64,000 nt of DNA from Eledone cirrhosa. Taxonomy: Eukaryota. The stretch lies in assembly GCA_964016885.1 (NCBI GenBank), contig CAXHJY010000801.1, forward strand, positions 1-64,000, in the 5' to 3' direction. The notes beneath the pieces were generated by a model. That model made no database searches. It saw only the letters and a list, made by a program, of their open reading frames with translations, and was not told where the DNA came from. Shown here piece after piece: positions 56,690-64,000 of this stretch; the first letter of the stretch is position 1; the number at the start of each line of letters is the position of its first letter. Made by a program: the position numbers and the translations under genes.

Positions 56690-57668
56690 GTGGTTGGGCA
56701 TCAGACACCATGCTTTAAATCATCGAGTTATGGCCCTTTAAGTTCTGAATTAAAATCCGGTCGAAGTTAACTTTGCCTTTCATCCTTACGGGGTCTATAA
56801 AATAAAGTACTAGTAATGGACTGGGGGTATTTGCTGGCCTTGTGCCTAAAGTAGAAGCAATTATTATTAAAGTTGTGGATTGGCAGTATCGGTAGAGGGT
56901 CGGACGTCATGCTTTGACGCATAGAGTTACGGCCCTTTCAATTCTGAGTTCAAATCCGGCCGAGGTTAACTTTGCCTTTCATCCTTACGGGGTCTATAAA
57001 ATAAAGTACTAGTAATGGACTGGGGGTATTTGCTGGCCTTGTGCCTAAAGTAGAAACAATTATTATTAAAGTTGTGGATTGGTGGCAGTATCGGTAGAGT
57101 GTCGGACGTCATGCTTTGACGCATAGAGTTACGGCCCTTTCAATTCTGAGTTCAAATCCGGCCGAGGTTAACTTTGCCTTTCATCCTTACAGGGATCGAT
57201 AGAATAAAGTAACAGTAATGGACTGGGGGTATTTGCTGGCCTTGTGCCTAAAGTAGAAACAATTATTATTAAAGTTGTGGATTGGTGGCAGTATCGGTAG
57301 AGTGTCGGACGTCATGCTTTGACGCATAGAGTTACGGCCCTTTCAATTCTGAGTTCAAATCCGGCCGAGGTTAACTTTGCCTTTCATCCTTACAGGGATC
57401 GATAGAATAAAGTACCAGTAATGGACTGGGGGTATTTGCTGGCCTTGTGCCTAAAGTAGAAACAATTATTATTAAAGTTGTGGATTGGTGGCAGTATCGG
57501 TAGAGTGTCGGACGTCATGCTTTGACGCATAGAGTTACGGCCCTTTCAATTCTGAGTTCAAATCCGGCCGAGGTTAACTTTGCCTTTCATCCTTACAGGG
57601 ATCGATAGAATAAAGTACCAGTAATACACTGGGGTGATTGCTGATTTCGTGCCAAAAGTAGAAGCAAC
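56690..57668 (+). mobile_element. Head-to-tail array of five tRNA-SINE copies (period about 199-203 bp)
   Basis: GTTGTGGATTGG starts at 56872, 57071, 57274 and 57477, plus a diverged first copy. Confidence 0.92.
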
Positions 57669-57844
57669 TATATTGGTACCTGGGGTTAAGTATCTATTAA
57701 AGAAACGAACCTGATTGTCCATATTTAAATTTCATTGAACTGCTACAGAGTCAACATGAAATATATTATAGAATTCGATGTGTGATCGAAAAGTGTGTTG
57801 CTGGGCAATATATTATTGAATATTTGTAAAAAGTAATAAAGTTT

Positions 57845-61515
<3,671 letters not shown>

Positions 61516-61898
61516 AACAAATTAGATGAAAATAATCCCAGAGCCTGTTGATTACTGATGAGTACAGAATGGTAATATAAATCCTCAGAGTACTGGAAGA
61601 AGGAAAAAAAACTATTGAGTAAAAAAAGTTTATTAAAAAACACTCCAAAACTATATTAAAATAAGATCCTGCGTTCTTTGTATTTGTATCGTCTGCTTTT
61701 TAGTGTCGTCTTCATTTTGGGAAATATTTTTGGAAAAATGTTTGTTTTAGTCGTTAAATTTGCATTCTTTGTCGTTCTTTTTGGTATGTTTTGGTGCCTT
61801 TTATACTCTTTTTTTTTACATTGTATTTGTGTGTGAATGTTTCATTTTGAGTTTGTATTTGTTTGTAGGTGTGTGTATATATACACACATACCTATGC

Positions 61899-61948
<50 letters not shown>

Positions 61949-62219
61949 TTATATATATGTTGGTGTGTCTGCGTGTATGTGTGTATATGTGATTGTATTA
62001 CAGTTAATAAGTATTTTTCCTGTAGTTTTTTTTATACATCTTAACTTTATGTGTTTGTATATGTGTGTGAGTGCGTGTGTGTGCGGCTGTGTTTTCTACA
62101 TTGTAAGAAGAGATTACCAAATATGGAACCACCAAGGACCGGTATGAAAAAATTGAATTTTAAAAAGAACATTTAAATTAGAATATGTTCAATTGTATAT
62201 ATATATATACAATTATATA

Positions 62220-62277
<58 letters not shown>

Positions 62278-62609
62278 TATGTATATATATATTTTTATAT
62301 ATGTATGTGCGTATTGTTGAGTATCTGTCTTGTATTCCGATCATATTATTGGACATGACAGTGTCTCGTTGTGTGGCTTAGTAGCTAAAATGGAAACAGA
62401 AGGAACATATATAAAATAAATAATAATTTAAACGAAAATATAAATTACTTTTACAGTTCCAGAGAGGTTTAAAATAAATATATATATACAAAATATTTGA
62501 ACAGAGACACAAAAAGAAAGCTGGGAAAAATTCTTTTAAATTACAAAAATGGAGAAGTAGGACTCAACGTGCAGACAACTTGCTCGTGAATGAAATCATG
62601 GACAATTGT

Positions 62610-62611
62610 AA

Positions 62612-62663
<52 letters not shown>

Positions 62664-62686
62664 ATATATATATATATATATATACA

Positions 62687-62722
<36 letters not shown>

Positions 62723-62876
62723 TGTATGTATGTATGTATGTATGTATGTATGTATGTATGTATGTATGTATGTATATATATATGTATATATATACATGTA
62801 TATATATATATATGTATGTATGTATTTATATACATGTATATATATATGTATGTATGTATGTATATATATACATATA

Positions 62877-62908
<32 letters not shown>

Positions 62909-63365
62909 CATATATATATATATGTATGTATGTATGTATGTATATATATACATATATATATATATATATGTATGTATGTATGTATATATATACATATATA
63001 TATATATATATGTATGTATGTATGTATATATATACATATATATATATATATATGTATGTATGTATGTATATATATACATATATATATATATGTATGTATA
63101 TATATACATATATGCATATATATGTTTATATATATGTTTATATATATATATATATGAATGTGTGTGTGCCTATAAATACACATGCTTATATACGAACTTT
63201 ACATCTATCAATATCGAATATTTGTACAGCAGCCATTGTATGTATAAATGCATATGTGCATATATAGAGATAACGTGTATGTATGCATGTATATATGTAT
63301 ATATGTATGTATGTATATATGTATGTACGTATGTATGTATGTATGTATGCATGTGTATATGTAGG
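62610..63365. repeat. (TA)n/(TATG)n array
   Basis: Direct reading. Confidence 0.95.
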
Positions 63366-63577
63366 CAAAGTCTAAAATACATTTTTATTCTGTCTCTCTG
63401 GGTATTAACATCTCTATTAATCCATATATCCCTTCTTAATCCCAATGGCCATTGATGTTCGATATATCGATTATTGAAAGACAAGCAAATTATCTAAGAC
63501 ATTTGATGGTCGAAGTGCCAGTGACAGGAATCACATGCATGTATATACATTGCATATATATATATATATATATATGT

Positions 63578-63622
<45 letters not shown>

Positions 63623-63664
63623 CAATGAAAAAGTAGATTTTAAAAATCACAATAATCCCTTATG

Positions 63665-63695
<31 letters not shown>

Positions 63696-63971
63696 CATAC
63701 ATACATGCACACATATATATATATATATATATGTGCGTGTGTGTGTATGATACGTACATCCATGTGTTTGTATGCATGTATGCTTGCATGTGTGTATATA
63801 TGTGTGTGTATGTATACATATATGCATTCATGTATTTATGTAGGTACATATGTATGTTTATGCATGTATATATGTGTTGGACGGAAAAATGAAAACCAAC
63901 TGTTTTCCAAATCGAAGTAATTATATTGATTTAATCGATCAATACGTAATTGACATTATATGTCGTTGGTT

Positions 63972-64000
63972 TGGCGGTGGATTGGCAGTATCGGTAGAGG
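63972..64000 (+). mobile_element. tRNA-SINE head cut by the window edge
   Basis: GGCGGTGGATTGGCAGTATCGGTAGAGG. Confidence 0.75.

Noticed and set aside
61553-61600. CTGATGA-GTAC...GTAC as a hammerhead (also CTGATGA on the minus strand near 21946 and 30643)
   Set aside because: No correctly placed GAAA and stem III, or no stem II.

Overview
Eukaryotic, very AT-rich, repeat-dominated DNA. Much of it is (TA)n/(CA)n/(TATG)n microsatellite, and no host protein-coding exon could be supported. The SINE family and microsatellite load resemble an octopus/coleoid cephalopod genome (inference). Almost all ORFs in the supplied track are microsatellite artefacts. Real content: (1) a young CR1-group LINE (44.7-48.7 kb) with an intact 1006-aa APE+RT ORF2 and a partial ORF1 with two CCCH fingers; ORF2 has no AUG before its endonuclease and overlaps ORF1 in the -1 frame at two canonical slippery heptamers; (2) decayed R4/Dong-type (RLE) LINEs, one apparently split by a 3.6-kb satellite whose monomer is the LINE's own endonuclease motif (IDMSVPDD); (3) more than 20 copies or fragments of a tRNA-derived SINE, often in tandem or inverted arrangements; (4) short fold-back elements carrying hammerhead-ribozyme motifs (Penelope-like terminal repeat architecture), in two families, plus degenerate relics; (5) an L1/Tx1-like 3' fragment, Helitron-like 3' ends and several minisatellites. 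All family assignments come from reading motifs by eye, not from database searches.
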